DNA from: the human T2T-CHM13v2.0 reference genome, Homo sapiens
Direction: 5' to 3' (one strand)
DNA length: 64,000 nt
NCBI RefSeq assembly: GCF_009914755.1
Contig: NC_060927.1
The notes under the pieces are model-generated. The model made no database searches, was not told the origin of the DNA, and saw only the letters and a list, made by a program, of their open reading frames with translations. Of the stretch, positions 1-13,613 are shown in pieces (position 1 is the first letter of the stretch; each line of letters starts with the position of its first letter). The position numbers were made by a program, and so were the translations under genes.

Positions 1-27
1 AGATTTTTGGAAATGAACATACCCCAA

Positions 28-76
28 AACAATAGCTCTCAATTTGATAACAATAGCTCTCAATTTGATAACAATA
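28..76. repeat. 21-bp tandem duplication (2.3 copies)
   Basis: aacaatagctctcaatttgat at 28-48 and 49-69, plus a partial copy. Confidence 0.95.
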
Positions 77-820
77 AAATAAACATTAAAAAGTCATTTA
101 ATTTTAAATACCTTTCTTTTTCATAATCAATTAAGGATGCTTTCTTGAGTTTCATATCTGTTTTCAACTCAGTTTTATATAGCTTTGCTTAATTTAAGAA
201 TTTATTTTCAGTCTATGAACTTTCTCTACAAAGCAGCAAACAGTTTATCATTTTTTGCTATCACTTTCAAATTCACTAGAAATATGGATGGATGCTCATT
301 TGTAGTCAAAACATTTCCAGAAGGATTTACAAGCTTTCTTCCCAGGACTTTATACAATCATTTTTCCAGATGTAAGTTAAAACATAAATACAAGTGCTGT
401 GACTTCTATTTTAGCACTCCACAAAATACAAATATACTATAAACAAGTGCCACTATGAAACACAGGGCTCACCTATTTTTTATAGAACAGGGACCATAGT
501 CTGGCTGTTGGACATAGGACTGTAATTATGAGTAAGAAGATCAACTATTAGAACTGGAAATTACCATGGAGGTCTTCAAGTCCAAAGCCTTTGTTTATGT
601 CTGAGGAAACTAAGAAAGGGAAAGAGGCTCATCCAAAGTGCATATTCAATGCAAATGTCCTGACAGCCTACAGTGTAATGACCTGCAGCAGAACTTCATA
701 ATAAGCTCACTTCAATCTCACCAATACTGTAATTTTGCTTAATAGTCAATCAAAGAGTAAATGTTTAGTGTGCCAACAATATGATTGACACTACATTAGA
801 GATTAAAGAATACAATAGTT

Positions 821-849
821 TAGATGGATGGATAGTTGGATAGATAGAT

Positions 850-895
<46 letters not shown>
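821..895. repeat. (GATA)n tetranucleotide microsatellite
   Basis: Run of gatagatagata with a degenerate ggat lead-in. Confidence 0.97.
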
Positions 896-999
896 CATAA
901 AGAACATCATAATATAATCTTCACCCAAAACAAGTTTATTATGTGGAAGCAAAAGGAAAAAAATCATGATTCAACATGATACAATTCACAAAGTCATAT

Positions 1000-1850
1000 A
1001 ATATCATTCATTCATTGATTAGGCATTGAGTGAGTACCTACTGTGTATAATGCACTCTGCTAAGTGCTGGGATTCAGATAACAATTTTTTGAGAATTTCC
1101 CAACCTAGTGGTGGAGATAATCTTGTAAAACAACTGTAGTGAATGCTTTAATAGAGGATCTATATAATAGCATAGAAGGGAGAAAAGCTTCTGGAAAGGT
1201 CACAGAGGGCTTCACAGGAAAAAACCCACATGAGCAGAGTTTTAAAGGATGAGTAGAGGCTGGGTGTGGTTGCTCACACCTGTAATCCCAGCAGTTTGGG
1301 AGGCCAAAGCGGGTGGATCACTTGAAGTCAGGAATTGGAGACCAGGCTGGTCAATATGGTGAAACCCTGTCTCTACCAAAAATACAAAAAAAAAACTTAG
1401 CCAGGCTTGGTGGCGTGTACCTGTAGTCTCAGCTACCCGGAAGGCTGCGGCAGGAGCATCACTAGAACCCAGGAGGCGGAGGTTGCACTGAGCCGAGATC
1501 GCTGCCACTGCACTCCAGCCTGGGCGACAGAGCGAGACTCCGTAAAAAAAAAAAAAAAAAAAAAAAAAAGTAGGAGATTACTATGCAAAGAGACGGAGTG
1601 AGGGGAAGTATCCCTGATAGAGGGGCAGGCACAGTGAAAGACACAGAGGAGTGAAACAGCATAGAGTATCTGCAGAATGGCAGAATGGCAAGTGTGGTAG
1701 AGAAGACGGGTATAACAGGAGGCGAGAGGTCAGAAAGAGTGAGATATTGACACATTTTGAACATCATGTTATGTTGTTAGTGCTTTATCCTGAAGGAAAT
1801 GAAAAGCCAAGGAGGGGTTTTAAGCTGGAAGAAAAATGTTATCAGACACA
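1000..1850 (-). mobile_element. L2 LINE relic interrupted by an Alu
   Basis: tcattcattcattg...gagtacctactgtg...gctaagtgctggg is the typical reverse L2 3' end; L2-like sequence continues after the Alu. Confidence 0.65.
1258..1569 (+). mobile_element. AluS-type SINE
   Basis: Full dimeric Alu with A-rich linker and poly(A) tail. Confidence 0.97.
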
Positions 1851-1899
1851 CATAATGAAAAGGTAAAAATTATCATTAGTTTTACTTCTGAAAATGTAA

Positions 1900-3225
1900 T
1901 CTAGGGATATAATAATGTATACATGCAAATGGTTAGCTATAAAGATGTTCATCGTTGTGATGTTTGTAATAACCAGAAACTAAAAACACCTTAAATGTCC
2001 AAGAATGGAGAATTGGTTTAATAAATGTTAGTACTTTACTAAAATGGATAAATGGGTAGAAATGGCAGATTAAGCACATACCAAAAATTCCATCTTCCAC
2101 TCTGAACTCCGAAAAAAAAAACGGTAGAATAAGTAACTAAAAGATGCAACAAAATAAGTTATATAAAATTGAAAACTGCATACTCTAAGAATGAAAAAAT
2201 TTCTTCATCGTGGAACCAGAGCGGCAACCCACAGCTATAAGCGGAGACAAAACTACTATTCTACGGGGAACTGGGAAGGAATATAAACATTGGGTCAGGA
2301 TTCTTAATGGGAATATTCAATGGGGGACAAATATGACTCCTGCCTAGTAGGAGAGTCTGAGATAGGCTCTCCAAATAAATGCAGAAGCTGAGATTGCACT
2401 GCCTACCTTCAAAGAGAAGAGTTCTTCCCACTCTCCTAGGTCTGTGGCCAGAAATGTGCCACTCTGAGGGCAGAAGCAGAAATTCGGCTTCTGCTGGTTT
2501 TCTGCTGGTACACAGGGTCTGCGTGGTACACAGATGCAGGACCTGAAATTTGACTACCCAGAAACGGCAGAACTCATCCTGAGATGCTATCATGAGACCT
2601 GGTTTGGAGCTGTGCATCGTGTAGGTCCCAGAATTTAAAAACTGCAGAACTCCCTGCACTACTAGAGAGCAATCTCCAAAGAAAATGACACCTCAAATAA
2701 GAATCCTAAAGCACATGAAAAAGCTCAGCAATGGGACATAAAGCAACCAGATCCAACAAACAGGATAATCCATATCCACGAAATAGAGAAAATAGATAAA
2801 TCTGAATAAGACTTTTTAAAAGGAGGATTAGAACCCTCAGAGAAAAGAACAGACTAATAACCATGATAAGAATTGAAAGAATCAGCAGTTAGGAAATTAG
2901 AATAAGCAAATAAGAAAAATGCAAAACGTGAAACACAAATAAATATGCTCTAATATGTTTCATAGGTATTTTAAAAATTGTTAGAGCATAAAAGAATAGG
3001 CAAGCAAACAAGATAAGATTTTTAAAAATAAAATATGGCTATTGGAATAAGAATCTCAATAGATACGCTAAATCGTATATGTTAGAGTAGAATATTGTAT
3101 TAGTGAAATGGAAGTTAAAAGATTATGATAGAAAATGCAAAACATGAAAAAATAGAAGAGATGTTATTATGGCTAGGACTTTTCCAGAAATTGAACATTG
3201 ACATGAGTGTGATTGACAGATGGAA
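1900..3225 (+). mobile_element. Ancient L1M fragments (3'UTR piece, then 5'/ORF1-like A-rich region)
   Basis: aagatgttcatcg...tttgtaataaccagaaactaaaaacaccttaaatgtcc motif followed by A-rich L1-like sequence. Confidence 0.5.
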
Positions 3226-3226
3226 C

Positions 3227-3534
3227 AGCTCTTAAAGTGTGGTCCCAGCACAGTGGTTCACGCCTGTAATCCCAGCACTTTGGGAAGCTGAGGTGGGCGG
3301 ATCATGAAGTCAAGAGATCAAGACCATCCTGGCCAACATAACAAAATTCCGTCTCTACAGAAAATACAAAAATTTAGCTGGGCATGGTGGTGGGGACCTA
3401 TAGTCCCAGCTACTTGGGAAACTGAGGCAGGAGAATCGCTTGAATCCAGGAGGTGGAGATTGCAGGGAGGCAGAGGTTGCAGTGAGCCGAAATTGTGCCA
3501 CTACACTCTAGCCTGGAGACAGAGAAAGACTCTG

Positions 3535-3573
<39 letters not shown>

Positions 3574-4400
3574 GTGTGATCCAGAGAATCCTGGATGTCC
3601 CCAGAAATTCTACAAGGAGTGCACAAGGTCACAGTTATTTTTCCAATAATATTAAATTGTTATTTACCTTTTTCATTATCATTTTCTTATGATAATGTGT
3701 TTTCCAGAGGCTCCATGACAGATGATGACATTGTGTAATAAACTGTGTCAACATACGAAAGAGCTGCATGACTCAGTGAACCAATATTTTTCAAATGATC
3801 AATATATGATATTAAAGCATATTCCATCAGCAAAACATCCATTCAAATTACAAGGTAGCTAATGTGAAAGAGCATAAAGAGTTAATTGATATGACTTTGA
3901 ATTCCCTTTTGTCTCTAATCTTTAAGAAACAATCACTGGCTGAGTTTTGATGTAGTGTTAAGAAAAATATCCACAATTATTTAAAAGAACTATTAAAATA
4001 TTCCTCCATTTTCCAACTATATCCCATACGAGGCTGGATTTTTTAGTATACCTCAACCAAAACAATATTTGCCATATATTGAATGCAGAAGTAGATTGAC
4101 AATCCAGCTGTCTTTTATTAAGGCAGACATTAAAAGAGACTTATAAAATATAAAATAATGCTATTCTTCACACTAATTTTTTGTTTTCAAAAATATAGTT
4201 ATTTTAATAAAAATATATTGCTTATAGTAGCATGTAATAATTTTAGTTACTTATTTTTAGTAAATAACTATTTTTGCATTCCTCAGTTTTAATTTTTAAT
4301 AAGGTAGGTATTAATAAATATAAATCAAATAAAAGCACATTAAAATCTTCAATAATTTTGAAGTATATAGATCTTCTGAGACCAAATGTTTTAGAGTAAT
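3227..4400. mobile_element. hAT Charlie1-family DNA transposon relic, interrupted by an Alu
   Basis: Terminal motifs ctcttaaagtgtggtcc and ctgagaccaaatgttttagag; internal gaatgcagaagtagat...aatccagctgtctt is typical of Charlie1. Confidence 0.7.
3241..3570 (+). mobile_element. AluS(c)-type SINE with an internal 17-bp duplication
   Basis: Full Alu with long poly(A); ggagg..gag.ttgcag repeated at 3449-3465 and 3466-3482. Confidence 0.95.
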
Positions 4401-5713
4401 CATCACACGTGGACAATCTTTAACAACAATAGTATTTTTGAAATAATAATAATAATGTTGTGAATAATATAAATTGCCATACAATAAAAAGGCCAGGATA
4501 TGATGTACATGTATCCATTGGGATAGATCTACGGGCAGATCAGCCTTTCTACATATAATATGAGCACAATAAATAGACCAGTGTTCTTGGTTTGTTGATT
4601 GCAAAGTACTTGGACTCACAAACAGTTAAAGCACTGAATAAATGTTTATAGAGTCCCTTACCTTCAAAGAGTCTGCAGTCTAGTACATCAATAAGAATGG
4701 TTAAAGCATTATTTTTGTTATCATAGACATATATACAAAGTATAATGGGGACCCGAAGGATAGTTTGAATCTCCTCGAGACTCAAGGAAAGGCTTCATGA
4801 AGGGGACAGAAATTGAATTGCAAAGGTGAGTAGATGTTTTCCAGGTACAGTGAAGATAGATAAAATGGGAGAGCGATCTGGGCTGAGCAGTACCAAATCC
4901 ATGACATCTGGCTCAGCTGGATTGTAGATGGTAATCTCAGGGAATCACCTAGATCTATCTTATTTGTCAGATTTCATGTCTATCCTAGCTTGGAAACTGG
5001 AATATCGTAAGTACGAAAATAGGTTTTCAATGAATAAATGGAAGGCATGGAAAGAGAGGGAACTGTTGAGGAAGACAAAGACCAGGTTATGAATGTTTTT
5101 ACATACCAAGTAAAGGAATTTAGATTATCCTGCAGAGCTTTGAAGTTAGACAGCAGGAAAACATTAAAAGAGAGTGATGTGATTGTTTTTGTGCTTTAGA
5201 AAAAACATCTCTAGTAGTACAGTAAAATAATGTTTTGCAGGGGAGAAAAGTGGAGATCAGGTGAACAGTTGGGAAACTAGAGATTATATCCCATTTACCA
5301 TTGATTCTGGATTAGGTAAACAGGATTCAAAGATATCAATTATTAAAGACAAAATATTTGTGGGGCTTTCAGCGGAAATTCCATGTATTGGTCATGTTCT
5401 CTAATCACCAGTTTTCTAGCAGTCAAAAGTTAACCCAACGTTTGGTAGACGCATGGGACTAATAGGCAGAAACACCCATAACCATTTACCAGCTGTGTGT
5501 TTTGGGGCAAGTCCATAGGCTTCAGTTTTTTCTTCCACTGTAAGACGGACATGAAATGCCCTTTATGATATTTACACACTTTCTGTAAAGATCACGTACA
5601 ACGATAAATGGGATAACTCTTTATACCTTGGAAATAGTCTTCTAGTTAGGGGAGAAACTGAAGGCTGCGGTGAAGTGGAGGCATTCAATAAAGCATCTTG
5701 TGCTTCTTGACCA

Positions 5714-5747
<34 letters not shown>

Positions 5748-5757
5748 ACACACACAC
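5714..5757. repeat. (CA)n microsatellite
   Basis: About 22 CA units with one interruption. Confidence 0.97.
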
Positions 5758-6397
5758 TCACAAGAACATTCAGACATCATCTAAGAAATCTGAATCCCAT
5801 GGTCATTGCTAAAATTATGTGATTACAAGTTTAGTTTAAAGGAATAAATAATTTTTCATAATTAACTGGATTTAAATAAAACTATCACCATAGCAAGGAA
5901 TTCATACAGACAAATTTCTTTATTTCACTGATGAAGAAACTGAGACCCAAAGACAGAGTGCGGCTTACTCAACATTAAAGCAAGTTAACAGCCAAGCCAG
6001 CACTAGAGCGTAGCTCTCTTGACTTCCAGTCCAATAGTCTTCTATAGTAAACTGCAGGAATATGACAATAAAAGGAAATAATACAGAGGCTTTATGTGTT
6101 TCATAGAATCTCATAGTTGTGAGAAGAGCCTGGGGTGGGTAGGAGTGGGTGATAAAGTAAGGCAACTCCTCTGATACACACCTCCCAGACCAAATGCTTT
6201 GAGGGCAACTCTGGATTTTTATAAGTATTTAAAAATAAGATTTTCCTGTTGTCATAAATAAATAAAGAAATCACTAAGTTATCTGAATGTTCTTTTTTTT
6301 TAAAGTCTGGTATGGACAAACCTGAAAATTCCAAGTAGATGAACACACATTAAAATTGTCATTCTAGGTTGATATCCATGCACCCATCTCTACTTAC

Positions 6398-6557
6398 CTC
6401 AAATTCCTGCACACGTATTGCCGTGCAGCTTGGAAAGATGCATACAGCTTTTACCCATGACTAATCATCACATTTTACCACTTCAAACACAGGGGACAGA
6501 TCCGTGAGAAGGCACAGTTGTTTATCAAACCGTTGAAGTGATAACACAAACAAGCTT
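6398..6557 (-). other. Candidate alternative/poison exon in the FGF12 intron (160 nt)
   Basis: Acceptor ctactcttgtgctcttttgcttttaaag|AAG; perfect donor GAG|GTAAGT; non-repetitive sequence with 4 CpGs. Confidence 0.5.
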
Positions 6558-7311
6558 CTTTAAAAGCAAAAGAGCACAAGAGTAGACTGTGTGGGCTTCG
6601 TTTTGTTCCCTTTATTGACCCATTTGCTTAAATTTTCATAAATGTTTCAGTTGTTGAACATTCTGCTGCCAAGGAATTCATCAAGGCCATAGAAATATGC
6701 AGCTCAGGTACAAAGATGAAGTTTGGAACTCTTGGCAAGAGCTGGCCTTGATCCACTGAGTTTCCTTGCCTTATCTCTCCTGTTCAACTCAATTTCAGTG
6801 GATATTTTATGAGCTCCTACTGTGTGCTACATTCTAGGCAAGACACACTTGGAAATGGAGAAAAAAATAAGGCATAAAGTCCAATCCAAAAGGCAATAAA
6901 AGAAATGCATAAGAAAGGTGCAGCTGTAGTGGTTTTGCAATCACTTCAAGTTGGAGGCTTTTAGTGATTGAGTGATCACTTCAAGTTGAAGACTCTCCCT
7001 GGGAAATGATAATGTTGAACCAGTCCTTAATAGGAAATTGAGGATTAAAAGGGCAGTTTTTGTCCAGGAAATGAGCAAATCCAGGTGATCTAACTCCATA
7101 GGCTTCCTGACATGAGAAGGTGCTCTCCTCACTCATTTACTCTTTGCTTATATTAGCAGGTTGTCTTGAGGAGCATTAGAAAGGGGCAACCACAAAGAGG
7201 CCTGTGGTGCTGGCAAGAAAAACGTAAAGAACACTGTAATACAGAGACAAATCAGTTAAGTATTATAATAAATTGCCCACATCCATAAAAACTACATCCA
7301 GAAACCTTTTC

Positions 7312-7907
7312 CTTTTTTAAAAAATTGTATTTTATTTTAGGTTCTGGGATACATGTGTAGAACGTGCAGGTTGGTTACATAGGTAAACGTATGCCATGGT
7401 GGTTTGCTGTACCTGTCAACCCATCACCTAGGTATTAAGCCCCCCATGCATTAGCCATTAGTCCTGATGCTCTCCCTCCTCCTGCCCCCCTGACAGGCTC
7501 CAGTGTGTGTTGCTCCCCTCCCTGTGTCCATGTGTTCTCGCTGTTCAGCTCCCACCTATGAGTGAGAACATGTGATGTTTGGCTTTCTGTTCCTGTGATA
7601 GTCTGCTGATCATTATGGCTTCCAACTTCATCCATGCCCCTGCAAAGGACATGATCTCATTCCTTTTCTATGGCTGCATAGTATTCCATGGTGTATATGT
7701 ACCACATTTCCTATATCCAGTCTATCATTAATGGGCATTTGGGTTTGTTCCAAGACTTTATTATTGTGAATAGTGCTGCATTAAGCATACATGTGCATGT
7801 ATCTTTATAATAGAATGATCTATATTTCCTTTGGGTATATACCCAGTAATGGGATTGTTGAGTCAAATAGTATTTCTGTTTCTAGATCCTTGAGGAATCA
7901 CCACACT
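7312..7907 (-). mobile_element. 5'-truncated L1PA 3' end (~600 bp)
   Basis: Reverse L1PA 3'UTR (ggttacataggtaaacg...atgagtgagaacatg...ggtatatacccagtaatgggatt); degenerate TSD cagaaaccttttc / cagacagcttttc. Confidence 0.93.
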
Positions 7908-10482
7908 CAGACAGCTTTTCAAATCATCTAATTCTTGACTCTAACTCATTCAAAAGTTATTGCTAAGTGTTTTATGACTAGACTCTCTTATTGAGTGATT
8001 CCTCCTACATCCAATGTTGCAACTCAAGGAATTTACATTCATACTCAGGATTTTTTTGTGCCCTATCTCATGTAATCCCTAGAACAACCCATGGGGTAGT
8101 TATTAACCTTGTGACAAATTATTATGTACCATAGACTTGGGTCAGCTGCTTTGTATCTAATCAAAACACCATGAATGTTAAAAGTACTGATGCCAAAGTC
8201 TGGCCACTGTAATCCACAAAAGCAGCAAAAGGCATGCTATCCACTGACTCAATTCTTGTGACACATATTTAGAAACTATACAGTCCATCCACAATTGCAT
8301 TGTTCATTGCTAAACACTTATTATATTCAGTAAACTGGGCTAAAACAAAATGATAAACAAATGACTATGAATAGTATGTTAGAAAGAAACCCTAGGCCTA
8401 GAGACCTGCATAAGGCCCATACTCTGTAATTAAAGGACGGTTTCGAACTTCTGAGTACTCATTTTCTTCTACTGCATAAGGGAGATGAGAGCAGTAGATT
8501 TTGTGATCCCTAAGTTGCTTTCCACTGTAAAAAAAAGTTTTTAATTATAATATTAATAAGATACATGCAGTTAGATGAATAAAAGTTTCTGTCAAATGAT
8601 TACTCTCCAATCTAAAAATTCTCAAAGGTGAAAACTGCTCATTCAAGGAAAGAATATAACCTGTTACTCAGCCTTAGTTGAGGAACAAGACTTTAATGGA
8701 GAAATGCTTTTTCCCAAAAGAGAAAATGTACTCTAAACTAGGAGAGAACTGTGTGTGTCCCAGGTTTAGCCATAAATGCAGAAGACAGAAGCCCACTGGG
8801 GTTTACAGTTTCTGTCACAGCAAGGGTGTAGAGAAGGATAGGTTTTAGGCCAAACCCTTTGCAAGAACATCATACCCTTTCCTAAGCTTTGCAGCCTTTC
8901 CATGTTTTTATTCTTTTTACCATCATCTATCTACCTGTGTGATCATGGTTTTTAATCCTATAAATAGACTGGGCTTCAGTACTTGTCTTTAGGTGCAGAA
9001 AGAAAATGGGCAAATGCAGAAACCAGTATCACTTTGGAGACAGTCTTAGGGATAGAGTAAGTGGTAGGAGCAAATCAGTTGAGTGACTAAAGCCTGTAGA
9101 TGGCCTGAGCACTGGCTAGACCTGGATGGTCCCAGTACACTGCGGCAACAGGGCCTGCCTGGGATGCACTGTGGCCAATGACAGCAATTACGTGAAAGAG
9201 TGTGGGTATAAAACTCTTATTCTGTCCTTCAAAGTAAGCAAAAAAAAAAAAGTCCTACTTTTTTTTTCAAGTGAGGCTAAGAAAACAAAATTTAAGATAA
9301 TTTACATAGTGACATAAATGATAAAACCAAGAATCCTTACATTCATTATTTTATGATATAAGAGGATTATATAATTTATTATGCACACTCAGACATTTTT
9401 GAGAGTACAAGGGGATATCATTAATTATCACCCCAAAACAATATAAACAGAGACATATGGCTCTCATCCTTAAAACCCTGTGTTCATTATCCACCATTTC
9501 ATCTGCTCCATTTTTGTAGCCTAAGAAGGGAGCAGAATACAGGTTTTTATGCCTGTCTTATAGATGAGGAATCTGTTGCTCAGAGAGCTGAAGTGCCTTG
9601 TCCAAGATACACAAAAGGTCACCTTACAATATTTGAAGAATAATGCTCAAAGGATTCTTAAAGATAGGAAACATTAAAGAACAAACTAGGAATCAAAACA
9701 CATTATTAAAATGTTTTCAAGTCAACAATTCCCTGATGTGCTTCACGAGGCACTCAAGAATAGCTAGGCAGATCAGTGGAAACAACCGAGGTCTGCACAG
9801 CATGGCTCACCATTTGCATTGGCTGTGAATACTTAGCAAAATCCACTGGTGCCTATACTCCCCTAATAGGGTCTTAAACCCAATACACCACACCAGGTGG
9901 TCAGACTCACTCAGGTTGACATATCCTAGGTCAACTGAAACTGGAGAGACACGCTTTTGACAAAGCCTGTCCAAATGGAGAATGTAGAGGAGAAAGAAGC
10001 CTCTACTGGGAACCCATCACACAGCCACCAAACCAGAAGACCATATGAGTATTCTCAGTTTCATTTAGCATTAAGTTAAAATAAAAGCATGACTCAGTTC
10101 TTCCTCCCCTCTTGCGATGAGTGCTTGGAATCTGTTGGAGCAACCCCTGGCCCAGCTCACATCACTACAAGACAAAAAAGTAAGTAAGATGGTATCACCC
10201 AACATCACACTTCCTAGACAGAACAGGAGAACTTCAGAGAAAGAGCTGCAGAGTCCTAGGAGCATAGAGTTGAATGAAATCTAAGAGAACAACACCAACT
10301 CCTCTCTTTATGAAATGGAAAGAGGCCTTAAAATCGTGTCTGAGTCACATTGCAAATTAGTGGTAGAGCTGGCAAATTAGAGGTAGACCTCAAGCTTCCT
10401 GTTTTGTGGTCCACAGTGCTTTCTAACTCTTTCCATGTAATAATGTACGCAAGTGAATTAGAATGGATTCATTATATGTGAG

Positions 10483-10928
10483 TTTGTGGGTTGTACTGTG
10501 TCTCCCCAAAATTCATATGTTGAATTCCTCACCTACAGTAACTCAAAATGTAACCATATTTTGAGATAGGGCCCTTACACAGGTAATCAAGTTAAAATGA
10601 GGTCATTAGGGTGGGCTTTAATCCAGTATGATTGGCATCCTCAGAAAATGGATATTTACATGCAAATATACACACAGGGAGAACACTATGGAAAGATGAA
10701 GGCAGCAGTGAGGGCAAGGAATGGCAAAAATTGCCAACAAACAACTTGAAGCTAAGGAAGAGGCATGGAATGGAACAGACTATCCCTAATATTTCTAAGA
10801 AGGATCCATCCTTGCTGATACCTCAGCCTCAGACTTCCAGCCTCCAGAATGGGGAGAAAATACATTTCTGTTATTGAAGCCGCTCAGTTTGTGGTACTTT
10901 GTTACAGCAGCCCTAGAAAACGAATTCG
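10483..10928 (+). mobile_element. MLT1 (MaLR) solo LTR
   Basis: ccccaaaattcatatgttgaa...gtggtactttgttacagcagccctagaaaac; 5-bp TSD gtgag on both sides. Confidence 0.88.
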
Positions 10929-12029
10929 GTGAGTTTGAGATAGAGGCGCAGTGTTCCTCCAGTGTCTAGTAAGTCACTCATCTGCCATATGGATTTGCTC
11001 ACCCTGTAGTGACTGTTGTCCTAACCCCAGCCTAAACATGTGCCACAAAGATTGCTTGACTTTACGTAGCATGAAAAGTCCACACCTCAACACATACAAT
11101 AAAGACGGCCTGTCAAACAGTGACCTTCCTCCTTCCTCACCTTCCAAACTATTACCTCCCCCAACTCCCACACTGAGAGTTAACTGGGCCTAGTTCTATA
11201 GGCAAAAGTAAGCCCCACATTGATAATAACTGGTGAACTTCAGGGTTGAGATGACCGTAGCCTTCCCCCTATTCCTGATCTCACCTATACAGATGAGTAG
11301 GCCAAAGAAAAACTCCTGAGGTTGTGTCAGGCAAACTTGAGGACATACCGTGATGCTGTCAGAGTTCTGGCCCAGAGCGTTTTATACATACACAGGGAGA
11401 GAATTTTTTTCACTTTGAACAGAATTTCCAGTTGTTTCAATATGAATATTTTCTAATCATTTTACTAGCTAGTTCAATATATTGGTTTTTCTTCTTCTAA
11501 CAGAAAGATACAAAAGGCTCCAAAGAATAGAAACTCTAAAATTGGAAACTGAAAAAACAAAATAGCCATATGTTCTATGCCTGAGCAGAATGCTTTGGCA
11601 CCAATGGACGCAATGTGACCTCAACCTTTTATTATATTTTTCAATGCAAGCTGCCCCACCCAGAGACATATGATGATGCAAAAGACAGATTCTGGCCTGT
11701 CTTCCGTCTCACACAGAGCTGGTACCCTAAGCGGACTCCCAGGCATTAGAAGTTCTGAATTTGGCAGTCCTAATCCATACGTCTGGGGCAGGCTGACTGA
11801 GAATCCATTCATCAGAAGAGGAAACACTGGAGTCATTTCCAGATTAAGTCCTGGCACTATATTCTCTACAAATAGAAAGTAATTGTATTGGTAGTGAGTA
11901 AGCCTAGCCGGGCTTACTGTCTAAATGCTTTCTAAAGCTACTCTATCATAAGTAAAACATCATAAGAACAGTTATACAATATAGTCCTCACTTTTGGGTT
12001 TTCAATTATACAAGTTGCTATCACAACAC

Positions 12030-12300
12030 TCAATGACAAAATGACTAACCTCTAGTTACTATGAGCCTTGACTATGTGACAGGCTAAATGTTCCAAATGC
12101 TTTTCACTTATTATTGTGTGCTCATCTTTACAAAACCCTTGTGAGGTAGGTACTCTTACTATTCCCACCTCACAGGTGAGGAACACAGGTAAAGACATGG
12201 TTGAGTAAATTACTCAAATTCACCCAGCTAATAAATGGCAGATACAGAATGTGAAGCCAAGCTGACTGCAGAGCTCATGCTTAGAAACCACTATCCTGGT
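12030..12300. mobile_element. MIR SINE
   Basis: Core gtgaggtaggtact...cacaggtgaggaacac...cacccagctaataaatggcaga. Confidence 0.75.
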
Positions 12301-12819
12301 CTGCTTCTTGCACTGAGGGCCACCATTACTGTCACTTTTTTCTCTCCAACTCTGAACTTTTTTGAAGTCAGTGAGGATCCCCTTCTCAGCTCTTCCACCT
12401 GCATTTAATGACTGTTGTTGAAAGACTCAAACTCGTTCATGTCCTTATGCTCTAACCAGGAAACAATTTCTCCCTCCACTCAACTTTCTCAGTTTCTCAT
12501 CGATGACAATTTTTGCCTGGTAGTTGTTTACATACCTTAAACCTCCCTCCTTTCCCCACAGCTTATATATGTGCAAAATTCATAGCTAAGTTATTTCTGC
12601 AATTTCCCCGAAGCCCACCATATTCCCTTGCATTTAGTAAGAAGTTCTCCATAAACATTTACGGGATAAAGAAAAACAGGGTCAGTGCATGGCGGTAAAG
12701 AATCCAGGGCCTTCCTGAGAGCCAGCCCAGGCCCAGCTTATCTTTCGTAAGGTCCATTTCAATGGGCCCTTAGACAGTGCTCACTGGGTAATGTGGAAGA
12801 CCTGGAATTCACTCCAGAG

Positions 12820-12995
12820 CAGTGGTTCTCAATCTTTAATATGCTTCAGAGTCCCCTGAAGACCTTGCTGGGCCTACTCCAGAGTTTCTGACTCAGGGGT
12901 TATGCGGGTGAGGCCCAAGAATTTTCATTCTTAAGTAGTTCCCTGGTGAGGTTAACAGTGCAGATTTGGGGGCCACACTTTTGAGAATCTCCGCT
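12820..12995. mobile_element. MER5A-type hAT MITE
   Basis: cagtggttctcaa...ccagagtttctgactcag...ccacacttttgagaa. Confidence 0.8.
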
Positions 12996-13254
12996 CTGGA
13001 TCCCAGCTTTGGAGAATAGGAAGTATTTTAAGCGAAAAAGAAATGAGTAGATAGTGAGAAGCTCCTTGGTGGAGTAAGGGTATGCAGCAAATAGAGGAGG
13101 CACGGAAGGTCATATTTAGATGGGAAATAGAAGCAGCAGGGTAAGTCTGGGATGCAAGAATGTACAAAGTGAGGCACAGGAAGATAGGCAGAAAATGTGG
13201 AGTTGACACGAAAGATAAGCAGTTCTGCTCCAACTTCAGATCACAAAGAGATCT

Positions 13255-13613
<359 letters not shown>

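Noticed and set aside
212-371. Possible plus-strand (antisense) exon ttttcag|TCT...GAT|gtaagt
   Set aside because: Such pairs occur by chance in AT-rich introns; weak exonic donor context and no other support.
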